From an uncultured Rickettsiales bacterium (GTDB lineage: Bacteria; Pseudomonadota; Alphaproteobacteria; Rickettsiales; UBA8987): 64,000 nucleotides of DNA. The notes beneath the pieces are model-generated. The model searched no databases and had not been told where the DNA came from. It saw only the letters and a list, made by a program, of their open reading frames with translations. Of this stretch, positions 1 through 8,361 are shown in pieces (the first letter of the stretch is position 1; every line of letters begins with the position of its first letter). The stretch covers positions 3,141 through 67,140 of the forward strand of contig CAZPQM010000008.1 in assembly GCA_964588995.1 (NCBI GenBank). The letters are read 5' to 3'. The position numbers and the translations under genes are program-made.

Positions 1-242
1 CCACCCGCAAAGTCATCAACCCGGCTGCACCACGACCGATGGAAAAACCTGTACGCGAGAAAAGCGCGATCGAAAAGGCCGTCGAAGCCGGCTTGTTACC
101 GGAGTCTTACCTCAAAACCAAGCGCGACATTCAGCAGAAGTTCTCCACCGGTTGGGAACCACTGGACCGCCGCGGCACCATGCCGGCCGCCGACACCCGC
201 CCCATCCGCCGCGCACCCGGTAATTACATACTGCAGCCATGA
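1..242 (+). CDS. 3' end of an unidentified CDS running in from the window edge
   Basis: Frame 3 is open from nt 3 to the TGA at 240-242. The listed ORF 39..242 is only its last Met-initiated part. No family recognised. Confidence 0.3.
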   Translation, partial: TRKVINPAAPRPMEKPVREKSAIEKAVEAGLLPESYLKTKRDIQQKFSTGWEPLDRRGTMPAADTRPIRRAPGNYILQP

Positions 243-338
243 ATAATTTTGAAACAACGCCGCCCCTGTTCCTTCCTAAACGCTGGTAAAATCATGCCTT
301 TTCCGCTATACTGGAAACGGTTTCAGAGGAGATGACAT

Positions 339-2378
339 ATGCCCGTTTACAGTGCCCCTATACGCGATTTTCAATTTGGTTTGCGCGAATGGCTCGAGAT
401 CGACCAATATAAGGAGATTGAAGGGTTTGATGAGGGGGTGGATATTATCGACCCTGTACTTGATGAATCAGCGCGCTTTACCGAGGAAGTGCTATTTCCC
501 CTCAATCAATCAGGTGATGAACAAGGTCTGACCTTTAAAGATGGCGAAGTCACCCTGCCGGATGGCTTCGTCGATGCGTATAAGACCTACGTGGAAATGG
601 GCTGGGCAAGCCTTGCCTGCACGAAGGACTATGGCGGCCAGGGGCTGCCGAATGTGATCAACACGCCGCTGATCGAAATGATCTGCTCGACGAACTTATC
701 CTTTGGCCTGCTACCTGGCCTTACCCATGGTGCCTATACAGCGCTCCGCCTGTTCGGAACAGATAAACAGAAAGAAACCTATTTGCCAAAAATGATTTCC
801 GGCGAGTGGTCAGGCATTATGTGTTTAACCGAGCCGCAATCCGGCACGGATCTCGGCTTAAACCGTACCACAGCAACGCCGGTGGGTGATGATAATGCCC
901 CCCTCCCAACCTCCCCCCGTAAACGGGGGGAGGAGTTGAGTGACACCCCCCGTAATCGGGAGGAGGAGCTAGAGAATGTCTCCCCACCGCCAGCGAAAAG
1001 CTCTTCTATCTCCCCACCGCTTGCGGGGGGGATTAAGGGGGGGCAATCTGAAAGTGACGCGGACACGGTTGAAGATCAGGTAAAAGCAGTTCTCGGCGAA
1101 CCGTCGGATCAACCATCATCTGATCCTCTATCATATAATGATACGCAAGCGTACCACCTCAATGGTACTAAAATTTTCATCTCCTACGGTGAACACGACG
1201 CAACGGAAAATATTATTGCACTCGTGCTTGCCCGTTTACCCGATGCGCCAGAAGGCATCAAAGGTATCAGCCTGTTTGTCGTGCCGAAATATCTGGTCAA
1301 TGACGATGGCTCAGTCGGAGAACGGAACGGCATGAGTTGCGCCTCCATTGAGCATAAAATGGGGATTCATGGCTCACCCACCTGCGTTATGAATTTTGAC
1401 AACGCTAAGGGCTGGCTCGTCGGCGAACCGCATAAAGGCATGCGCGCGATGTTTACCATGATGAACGAAGCGCGGCTGCTGGTCGGCATTCAGGGGCAAG
1501 GCATTGTCGAAGTCGCCTATCAGAACGCGCTGGATTACGCGAAAGAGCGTCTACAGGGGCGCAAACTTAAAGGCGGGCCGAAATACCCGGAAAAGCCCGC
1601 TGACCCGATCACGGTGCACCCGGATGTAAGGCGGATGCTGCTCACCATGCGCGCCTATGCGGAAGGCGGGCGGATACTCTCGCTCTGGGCGAGTTTGCAG
1701 GTCGACCTGGCTCACCACCATCCGGATGAAACAAAACGGCAGGAGGCCGACGAGCTGCTGCAGTTGCTCACGCCGATTGTGAAGGCTTACCTCACCGATA
1801 ATGGCACCAACATGGCCAGTATGGGGATGATGGTCCTCGGCGGCTATGGCTATATCAAGGAATACGGCATGGAGCAATATATGCGCGATGCCAAGATCTG
1901 CGAGATTTACGAAGGCACAAACGGCATTCAGGCGCTTGATCTGGTGGGACGGAAGCTGGGCTTGCATACGGGCCGTCTGCTAAGGCGCTTTTTCCATCCC
2001 TGTGAGCAGTTCATTGAGGAACATCGCCATGACGACGCCATGGCGGAGTTTACCAAGCCGCTCTATCAGGGCTTTAAGTCCTTGCAAAATGCTTCGCTCT
2101 GGATTGCGCAGAAAGGACTTGGCAACCCGGAAGAAGCCGCGCAGGCCTCAGTCGATTACCTCCGCCTGTTCGGCCATGTCGCGCTCGCCTATATCTGGGC
2201 GAAATCGGCGAAGATTGCGCTGGATGCACTGGAAAACGGGACGTCGGAGACAGAATTTTATGAAGCCAAGCTCGCGACCGCACGCTTTTTCCTCTATAAA
2301 ATCCTGCCGGAGCATTACAGCCTGCTCGCCAAAATCACCGCAGGGGTGAAGTATCTCGATATGCCGGATGTGGAGTAA
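339..2378 (+). CDS. Long-type acyl-CoA dehydrogenase (about 595-aa class with C-terminal helical extension) carrying an in-frame insertion of about 85 aa
   Basis: GAGGAG Shine-Dalgarno before the ATG. ACAD motifs present: CLTEPQSGTDLG, GTKIFISYGEHD, IYEGTNGIQALDLVGRKL, plus a long C-terminal domain. Low-complexity insert between TATPVGDD and AYHLNGTKIF. Confidence 0.9.
   Translation: MPVYSAPIRDFQFGLREWLEIDQYKEIEGFDEGVDIIDPVLDESARFTEEVLFPLNQSGDEQGLTFKDGEVTLPDGFVDAYKTYVEMGWASLACTKDYGGQGLPNVINTPLIEMICSTNLSFGLLPGLTHGAYTALRLFGTDKQKETYLPKMISGEWSGIMCLTEPQSGTDLGLNRTTATPVGDDNAPLPTSPRKRGEELSDTPRNREEELENVSPPPAKSSSISPPLAGGIKGGQSESDADTVEDQVKAVLGEPSDQPSSDPLSYNDTQAYHLNGTKIFISYGEHDATENIIALVLARLPDAPEGIKGISLFVVPKYLVNDDGSVGERNGMSCASIEHKMGIHGSPTCVMNFDNAKGWLVGEPHKGMRAMFTMMNEARLLVGIQGQGIVEVAYQNALDYAKERLQGRKLKGGPKYPEKPADPITVHPDVRRMLLTMRAYAEGGRILSLWASLQVDLAHHHPDETKRQEADELLQLLTPIVKAYLTDNGTNMASMGMMVLGGYGYIKEYGMEQYMRDAKICEIYEGTNGIQALDLVGRKLGLHTGRLLRRFFHPCEQFIEEHRHDDAMAEFTKPLYQGFKSLQNASLWIAQKGLGNPEEAAQASVDYLRLFGHVALAYIWAKSAKIALDALENGTSETEFYEAKLATARFFLYKILPEHYSLLAKITAGVKYLDMPDVE
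893..1150. repeat. GC-rich palindromic repeat-containing insertion, in frame within the acyl-CoA dehydrogenase
   Basis: Perfect 9-bp hairpin cctcccccc/gtaaac/ggggggagg at 910-933. Degenerate second copy cacccccc/gtaatc/gggaggagg at about 945-969. Direct repeat tctccccaccgc at 979-990 and 1009-1020. G-runs at 1025-1043. The antisense ORF 779..1066 is also open. Confidence 0.6.
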
Positions 2379-2462
2379 ATTCCCCTTTAACACCGATTGA
2401 TTATTTAGCTGGCGGAATCCATAGGCTGTTGTTAAACTGATGTTGTAAGCAAGGAGCGAGCT

Positions 2463-2735
2463 ATGGAAAAACGGAATCAACATGTTATTCGCCACGTTGA
2501 GCTGGTGTCCCGCTATGAGACCGAGGATGATGACACCTATATTCTGGCGGAAAGCGACGATGTACCCGGGTTAGTCATCGAAGCCAAAAATGGCCAGCAT
2601 TTGATGGAGCTTGCCAAAGAGTTAGTGCCTCTTTTCCTGCATGAGGCCGGAATCCCTACCTCCAATCAGGGTATTGAAATTACGGTTAGAATGCCCGTAG
2701 TGACTATGGTCGTTGCACCGGTTAAGGTAGCCTGA
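2463..2735 (+). CDS. DUF1902 / HicB-like antitoxin candidate
   Basis: 90 aa, 3 nt upstream of a HicA-like gene. The motif ILAESDDVPGLVIEAKNGQHLMELAKELVPLFL matches my recollection of the DUF1902 pattern (W.A.S.DIPGLV.EA.T.EEL). Confidence 0.55.
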   Translation: MEKRNQHVIRHVELVSRYETEDDDTYILAESDDVPGLVIEAKNGQHLMELAKELVPLFLHEAGIPTSNQGIEITVRMPVVTMVVAPVKVA

Positions 2736-2738
2736 TTT

Positions 2739-2939
2739 GTGGGTAAATCCTACGATAAGCAATGGATAAAAATCCTAAAGAAGCATGGGTTCGAACCCAC
2801 CGGGAAGGGTGTGGGAAGCCACGAAGTCTGGCAGCATAAACATGAAAAACACCGTGTCGCAACCATGGTACGGGGCAGTAATAAACGCCACACAATCAAT
2901 GCAGCGCTCAAAAAGGCAGGCATCGATGAAAAACTCTAG
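2739..2939 (+). CDS. hicA: HicA-family mRNA interferase toxin (type II TA)
   Basis: 66 aa, GTG start. KILKKHGFEP...GSHEVWQH...HTINAALKKAGI fits the HicA pattern (GW/GF...GSH...LK.AG). Tightly coupled to the upstream small ORF. Confidence 0.65.
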   Translation: MGKSYDKQWIKILKKHGFEPTGKGVGSHEVWQHKHEKHRVATMVRGSNKRHTINAALKKAGIDEKL

Positions 2940-3370
2940 AGAGACATTAACCACAGCACCACCCCCACCTGCACGATCAGTAAAAACCAGAATTTAAGAC
3001 GGAAATTTTTTTTCCGTGTTTTATGCCGCAGCAGTTTTTGCCCGGCAATCGCGCCGAGCGTTCCTCCGACAAACATAAATGCGTGCATGGTGCGTTCCGG
3101 TATGCGCCAGGAGCGATTTCGCGCTGCTTTTTTATCGGAAGCATACGCCATAAAAGTCACAAAATTGATGAATATCAGGTGGAGTATAAGCGATATAATG
3201 ATTGCTGGCTGACTGAAAATTTCAATTCCCGGGATTAAAAACTCAATCGCTCCGGCGATTAAAAGCACAAACAGACCGTGCAGCCCGTAGAAATTATTCC
3301 GCAAACCCCGAAATAGTGCCGGAAAGGTCATAACAAATGCAAGTGCGGTGATGAACATACGAATAACCAA
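2936..3370 (-). CDS. DUF1294 family membrane protein
   Basis: Motif YASDKKAARNRSWRIPERTMHAFMFVGGTLGAIAGQKLLRHKTRKKNF is the DUF1294 signature. Its stop overlaps the hicA stop within a shared ctag. Confidence 0.7.
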   Translation of the reverse strand: MVIRMFITALAFVMTFPALFRGLRNNFYGLHGLFVLLIAGAIEFLIPGIEIFSQPAIIISLILHLIFINFVTFMAYASDKKAARNRSWRIPERTMHAFMFVGGTLGAIAGQKLLRHKTRKKNFRLKFWFLLIVQVGVVLWLMSL

Positions 3371-3493
3371 GTCTTACCCGGGCTTGACCAGATCATCTAC
3401 TATGTTGCGTTGAATACCCTTGTGTCAAGCACGAGAGAAACAAACCATAAATAACCATTGACTATCACCCATCAACCATCAACTATGCGACAT

Positions 3494-4612
3494 ATGACCC
3501 AGTATATCATCAAACGGCTGCTACTCATTATCCCGACGCTGTTCGGCATTATGGTGCTGAATTTCGCGATTATTCAGGCAGCACCCGGTGGTCCGGTGGA
3601 GCAGGCGATCGCCAAGCTGCAAGGGCTGGATACAAGCTTTACCGAGCGCTATACTGGTGGCACCTCCGAAACCGGCCAATCGGGCGGCATGGACGGCGCA
3701 CAGGCACGCGCTTCATCGGATTTGGTAAGCAAATATCGCGGCGCGCAGGGGCTCGACCCGGAGATTATCGCGCAGATCGAACAAACCTATGGCTTTGACA
3801 AACCAGCGACAGAACGCTTCTGGGAAATGATGGTGCGCTACGTGCAGTTTGATTTCGGCGAAAGCTTTTTCCGTGACCGCGAGGTGATGGATCTGATCAT
3901 CGATAAAATGCCGGTCTCCATCTCGCTTGGGCTATGGACAACCCTGCTGGTGTACCTCATTTCCATCCCGCTCGGCATCCGCAAAGCGGTGAAGGACGGC
4001 TCGGCCTTCGATATCTGGTCGAGCGCGGTGGTAATCGTCGGCTATGCCATTCCAAGTTTTATGTTTGGTATCTTGCTGATTATCCTGTTCGCGGGTGGCA
4101 GTTTCTGGGATATTTTCCCCATGCGCGGGCTCGTAAGCGACAATTGGGAAGAACTGTCGCTTTGGGCAAAAGTTAAAGACTATTTCTGGCACATCACCCT
4201 ACCCGTCGCGGCGATGGTGATTTCCGGCTTTGCTACGCTAACCATGTTGGTGAAAAACAGCTTTTTAGAGGAAATCCGCAAGCAATATGTCCTTACCGCT
4301 ATGGCGAAAGGGTGTACGGAGCGGCGCGTGCTCTACGGGCATATTTTCCGCAACGCCATGCTAGTGGTGATTGCCGGTTTCCCCAGCGCGTTTATCGGTA
4401 TTTTCTTCACTGGGGCGATGCTGATCGAAATTATTTTCTCGCTCGACGGGCTAGGTTTGCTTGGCTTTGAAGCTACCATCGGGCGCGACTATCCGGTCAT
4501 TTTCGGTACCCTCTTTATCTTCACCCTCATTGGCCTGATCGTCCGCCTGATCGGCGACCTGACCTATGTGCTGGTTGATCCCCGTATCGATTTTGAGAAA
4601 CGGGCATTGTAG
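3494..4612 (+). CDS. yejB: ABC transporter permease, YejB-like (oligopeptide/microcin C type)
   Basis: [39 protein letters not shown] is a near-canonical YejB N-terminus. The ORF is open from 3458 (TTG), and I prefer the ATG at 3494. No yejA/E/F partner is adjacent. Confidence 0.85.
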   Translation: MTQYIIKRLLLIIPTLFGIMVLNFAIIQAAPGGPVEQAIAKLQGLDTSFTERYTGGTSETGQSGGMDGAQARASSDLVSKYRGAQGLDPEIIAQIEQTYGFDKPATERFWEMMVRYVQFDFGESFFRDREVMDLIIDKMPVSISLGLWTTLLVYLISIPLGIRKAVKDGSAFDIWSSAVVIVGYAIPSFMFGILLIILFAGGSFWDIFPMRGLVSDNWEELSLWAKVKDYFWHITLPVAAMVISGFATLTMLVKNSFLEEIRKQYVLTAMAKGCTERRVLYGHIFRNAMLVVIAGFPSAFIGIFFTGAMLIEIIFSLDGLGLLGFEATIGRDYPVIFGTLFIFTLIGLIVRLIGDLTYVLVDPRIDFEKRAL

Positions 4613-4615
4613 CCT

Positions 4616-6454
4616 TTAGGACACAATCACTGCATCTTCGATATGAAACTCGGCGCTGATGCGACCCTGCCATTCATTGCGCTTGGCGCGCCCCGCAAGA
4701 GCAAGCGTTTTACCTTTTGCACCTTTGAGCTCTTCACCAAAAGCTGTTCCATCGGCGCGGAACGCGACCGCCTTTAACCGCCCGCCGGAAAATGCCCCGG
4801 CATCCTGCATAAAAATCGCGCTGATATGGTTCTTCCCCACCACGCGCACATCCACCATCCGCGCATCTGATACAATCATCCGCGGTTCAGGATTACCCAT
4901 ACCATACGGTGCGAGCGCATCGAGCGTATCGAGCAGTTGGGGTGTTACCGCACTAAGCGGCAGACAGAGATCCGCCTTCCATACGCGATCATTGGCATAA
5001 GCCGTAACCGCCTCCGCACAATGCTCATGAAGAAACGTGGCAAACTCCGCGCACCGCTCCATGGCGATGGAAAAGCCAGCCGCAGCCGCATGTCCGCCGC
5101 CGCCAAGCAGCAGCCCCTCCTGCTTGGCCCGGCCAATGAGCGACCCGACATCCACGCCGGGAATAGACCGCACCGACGCCTTACCGACGAGCTTACCGTC
5201 CATTTCTTCGGTAGAAATCACGGCAACCGGCTTATCGAACGCTTCCTTCAACCGCCCGGCGACGATGCCGATAATACCGGGATGCCAACGCGCCTCCGCA
5301 TCCTGATCCACCACCAGAATAAACGGCGCATTCGCCTGCGTCCGCTCGACCAGCTCGATTGCCTGTTCGAGTGCGGTCGTTTCAATCAGCTGCCGCTCCT
5401 TATTCAGCGCATCAAGCTCCTCGGGAATGGCCCTTGCTTCAAACTCATCTTCGGTGGTGAGCAGCCGCGTTCCCAGATCGGACTTCCCTATTCGCCCCCC
5501 GGCATTAATGCGCGGCCCCAGCAAAAAGCCGAGGTGATAGACGTTCAAACGCGAGGTAATACCAGCGGTTTCTCCAAGCATTCTCAGCCCCACATTCTGC
5601 CGCTGCTGCATGACTTTCAAACCCTGCGCCACAAACGCCCGGTTCAGCCCGATCAGCTGCATCACATCGCACACCGTACCCAGCGCCACAATATCCAGAA
5701 AAGCCAAAAGATCGACTCCGTTCTCCAGCCCCGGCTTATCGGTAAAATAGCCTGCCTGCCGGAGCGTCCGGTTGACGGCAACCGCTAGCAGGAAGCTGAC
5801 GCCCACCGCAGCGAGGTAGCGATGTTGAGTCGTTTCATCGAGGCGGTTCGGATTGATATGCGCGATGCAGGGAGGCTGCCGTTCACCGCCGAGGTGGTGA
5901 TCCACGACAATCACCTCCAGCCCGATTTTTTCGGCCTCCTCCAGCGCTTCGAACGCAACCGACCCGCAATCCACCGTGATGACAAGATCCGTACCACGAT
6001 CTTTAATCGTCCGCATCGCCTGCGGATTGGGGCCGTAGCCTTCTTTCATTCGATCGGGTATGTAGTAGTCCGCCTCAAGGCCAAGCTTTCGGAAAAACCG
6101 AATCAGCAATGCCGCACTGGTTGCTCCATCAACATCGTAATCCCCGAAAATAGTGATGCGTTTCTTTGTCTGCACCGCTTGCGCCAGATACTCCGCTGCC
6201 TTGTCCATATCGAGAAACTCACTCGGATCCGGCAGTGCGGTTTTGAGCGACGGGTTCAGGTAGCTTTCGACCGCGTCAAGCGTCACCCCACGCAGGCACA
6301 GCATCCGCGCTACCACTTCCGGCAGGTCACATTTTTGCTGCAGGGTGAGCACATCACGCGGGGTGACTTCGCGCAATTGCCACTGCTTGCCTTTTAATGA
6401 GGTGGGGAAGCTGATATCTGCCGACGCTGTTTCAGAAATAAGAGTGGAAGCCAT
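4616..6454 (-). CDS. recJ: Single-stranded-DNA-specific exonuclease RecJ
   Basis: DHH motifs (IFGDYDVDGATS, VITVDCG, VVDHH), the DHHA1 motif GGGHAAAAG, and a typical length of 612 aa. Confidence 0.95.
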   Translation of the reverse strand: MASTLISETASADISFPTSLKGKQWQLREVTPRDVLTLQQKCDLPEVVARMLCLRGVTLDAVESYLNPSLKTALPDPSEFLDMDKAAEYLAQAVQTKKRITIFGDYDVDGATSAALLIRFFRKLGLEADYYIPDRMKEGYGPNPQAMRTIKDRGTDLVITVDCGSVAFEALEEAEKIGLEVIVVDHHLGGERQPPCIAHINPNRLDETTQHRYLAAVGVSFLLAVAVNRTLRQAGYFTDKPGLENGVDLLAFLDIVALGTVCDVMQLIGLNRAFVAQGLKVMQQRQNVGLRMLGETAGITSRLNVYHLGFLLGPRINAGGRIGKSDLGTRLLTTEDEFEARAIPEELDALNKERQLIETTALEQAIELVERTQANAPFILVVDQDAEARWHPGIIGIVAGRLKEAFDKPVAVISTEEMDGKLVGKASVRSIPGVDVGSLIGRAKQEGLLLGGGGHAAAAGFSIAMERCAEFATFLHEHCAEAVTAYANDRVWKADLCLPLSAVTPQLLDTLDALAPYGMGNPEPRMIVSDARMVDVRVVGKNHISAIFMQDAGAFSGGRLKAVAFRADGTAFGEELKGAKGKTLALAGRAKRNEWQGRISAEFHIEDAVIVS

Positions 6455-6518
6455 GGCAGTTATATACTAGCAATCTGCGCACTTGTCATCTGTGGTTTCT
6501 TCGCTGCTAGCTGGGTGA

Positions 6519-7802
6519 CTACTCCACTGCCATAAGGTGCGGTTGTTCCAGTACGTAATCCGTCTCGGCAAGTTCAGCTAATAGCTGATCAATGTCGCCC
6601 CGGCGGCACATATCCACTGTTAATGCAATATGGGCATGGCTTTCGTCAATGGGCGGTTTTTGCAGTACCTGATCCACGTTGATGCCTGCCTCGGAAAGCC
6701 GTTTCGTAATATCGGCGAGGACACCGGAACGGTCTTCCACTTTGAATCGGATATAAAACGCACCCACCTGATCAGCCGCGTTAACGAATGGCGCTTGCTT
6801 AAGACTACTGGCAGGTACACCCAGCGGTGGGGTGAAATTTTCCCGCGCAATATCGATAATATCGGCGACCACGCTGGATCCGGTCGGCCCGGCACCGGCG
6901 CCTGCCCCGGTCAATAAGGCCGGACCCACTGAATCACATTCGACCAATATGGCATTTTGCGGCCCATGTATTGACGCCATCGACGAGCCGAGCTTTACAA
7001 GACAGGGCTGTACGCGCTGCTCAATACCACGCTCGGTTTCCGCCGTAATACCCAACAGGCGAATCGTATAGCCAAGCTCTTTTGCATATTCCATATCGCG
7101 AGCATTGACCTCACGGATCCCCTGAATCGCAATCGCATCAAAGTCGAGTTTTACACCGTAAGCCAGCGACGTGATGATGCAGAGTTTATGCGCCGCATCA
7201 ATGCCATCGACATCCAGATCGGGCGGGGTTTCAGCATAGCCTTTCGCCTGCGCTTCGGCGAGCACATCATCAAAATCGCGCCCCTCACGTTCCATACTGG
7301 AGAGAATATAATTACAGGTGCCGTTCATAATGCCGGAAATCTGCGTGAACTTATTCGCGGCGAGTGATTCCCGCAGGCTTTTGAGAACCGGTATACCACC
7401 GGCCACGGCGGCTTCAAAACCGATATGCACGTTTTGATCGGCGGCAAGCTGTACCAGTTCCGCCCCGTGTTTCGCGATCAGTGCCTTATTCGCCGTCACC
7501 ACATGCTTACCGTTACGCAACGCTGCTTTGCAGAGGTTATACGCGATGCCCTCTTCACCGCCGATCAGCTCCAGCACTACATCCACGTCCGGGTGGGTCG
7601 CGAGGTCCATCGTATCGCTGACCCAACTGATGCCGCTCAAATCCACGCCACGGTCTTTATCCGGTGTACGGCTTGCAACGACCGTCACGGTGATATCGCA
7701 GCCGGTGCGCACTTTAAATAATTCCGCTTTTTCGGTGAGTATCTGATAGGTGCCAACGCCGACCGTACCCAGTCCGGCGATGCCAATGCGTAATTCCTTC
7801 AT
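6519..7802 (-). CDS. hom: Homoserine dehydrogenase
   Basis: N-terminal Rossmann motif IGIAGLGTVGVG, catalytic-domain motifs, and a C-terminal ACT domain (FYIRFKVEDRSGVLADIT). Confidence 0.95.
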   Translation of the reverse strand: MKELRIGIAGLGTVGVGTYQILTEKAELFKVRTGCDITVTVVASRTPDKDRGVDLSGISWVSDTMDLATHPDVDVVLELIGGEEGIAYNLCKAALRNGKHVVTANKALIAKHGAELVQLAADQNVHIGFEAAVAGGIPVLKSLRESLAANKFTQISGIMNGTCNYILSSMEREGRDFDDVLAEAQAKGYAETPPDLDVDGIDAAHKLCIITSLAYGVKLDFDAIAIQGIREVNARDMEYAKELGYTIRLLGITAETERGIEQRVQPCLVKLGSSMASIHGPQNAILVECDSVGPALLTGAGAGAGPTGSSVVADIIDIARENFTPPLGVPASSLKQAPFVNAADQVGAFYIRFKVEDRSGVLADITKRLSEAGINVDQVLQKPPIDESHAHIALTVDMCRRGDIDQLLAELAETDYVLEQPHLMAVE

Positions 7803-7878
7803 AACCGCTCTCTTTATGTTTAAGCGGCTGTAGCATAAGGAAAACTAATGGCTTTTCAAGGATGTTATTGACTCAGGC

Positions 7879-8163
7879 CTAACGAGAACGTTTGAGCTTA
7901 CGACCCCGTTCGCGTGCTTTTTCCCGCGCCGTATACAATCCGGATCGTAAATCCCGCAGCCCCTGCCCGACTTTGGATTCAAAATCTTCGTTCAACCCTT
8001 CCTTAGAAGGCTCGACATAACCGCCTTTCACCGTGGTGGCTTCCAGTTGCTTAGCGCCAGGCTCTAAATGGTATTTGATCGCTTCACGGAAACGCTGCCG
8101 TCGTTTATTCCGGTCAAGCGCTTTTTTGTACTTGGTTTCTTCGCCTTGATGCCCTTCACTCAC
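7879..8163 (-). CDS. Hypothetical small basic protein
   Basis: 94-aa ORF with a GTG start overlapping the stop of an upstream mini-ORF. Lys/Arg-rich. No family recognised. Confidence 0.3.
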   Translation of the reverse strand: MSEGHQGEETKYKKALDRNKRRQRFREAIKYHLEPGAKQLEATTVKGGYVEPSKEGLNEDFESKVGQGLRDLRSGLYTAREKARERGRKLKRSR

Positions 8164-8294
8164 GCAGTGCCACCCTTAGGTTCGGGTGCCTTGCGTCGAC
8201 GGAGATTTTCGCGCAGTTGTCTGGCCAACGCCTCTTCGCGCTGTTTCTGCCCCTGCCGATTTTTCTCGGATCTGCGTGGTTCTTGCTTTGTCAT
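8160..8294 (-). CDS. Hypothetical 44-aa basic protein (below the ORF-track cutoff)
   Basis: Hand translation gives MTKQEPRRSEKNRQGQKQREEALARQLRENLRRRKAPEPKGGTA. The LR.NLRRRK tail resembles small conserved alphaproteobacterial proteins as I recall them. Confidence 0.35.
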   Translation of the reverse strand: MTKQEPRRSEKNRQGQKQREEALARQLRENLRRRKAPEPKGGTA

Positions 8295-8361
8295 CGTCTG
8301 GAAATAAATTTTCATTATTATACAGATTTTTGTGCTATTTTACAAGGCATAGGGTGATTTC

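Noticed and set aside
779-1066. 95-aa minus-strand ORF antisense to the acyl-CoA dehydrogenase
   Set aside because: It lies wholly inside a well-supported CDS and spans the palindromic insertion, whose symmetry keeps both strands open. It is a shadow ORF.
891-1143. Possible target-site duplication flanking the ACAD insertion (gataatg at 891-897 versus ataatga at 1135-1141)
   Set aside because: Only about 6 nt of imperfect identity in AT-rich codons. This is well within chance expectation.
3494-4612. Orphan yejB permease without yejA/E/F as a sign of a decayed transporter operon
   Set aside because: The ORF is intact and full length. Partners may simply be encoded elsewhere. There is nothing in the window to support decay, so I record it only as a feature.
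4937-5788. Long antisense or alternative-frame ORFs inside recJ (4937..5788), clpX (20881..21543), tig (23580..24197), nadA (54354..54944), the sugar dehydrogenase (55425..56228) and others
   Set aside because: Each is embedded in a strongly supported conserved gene on the other strand or frame. Each has an Arg/Ser/Pro-rich or low-complexity translation with no recognisable motifs. These are typical shadow ORFs.
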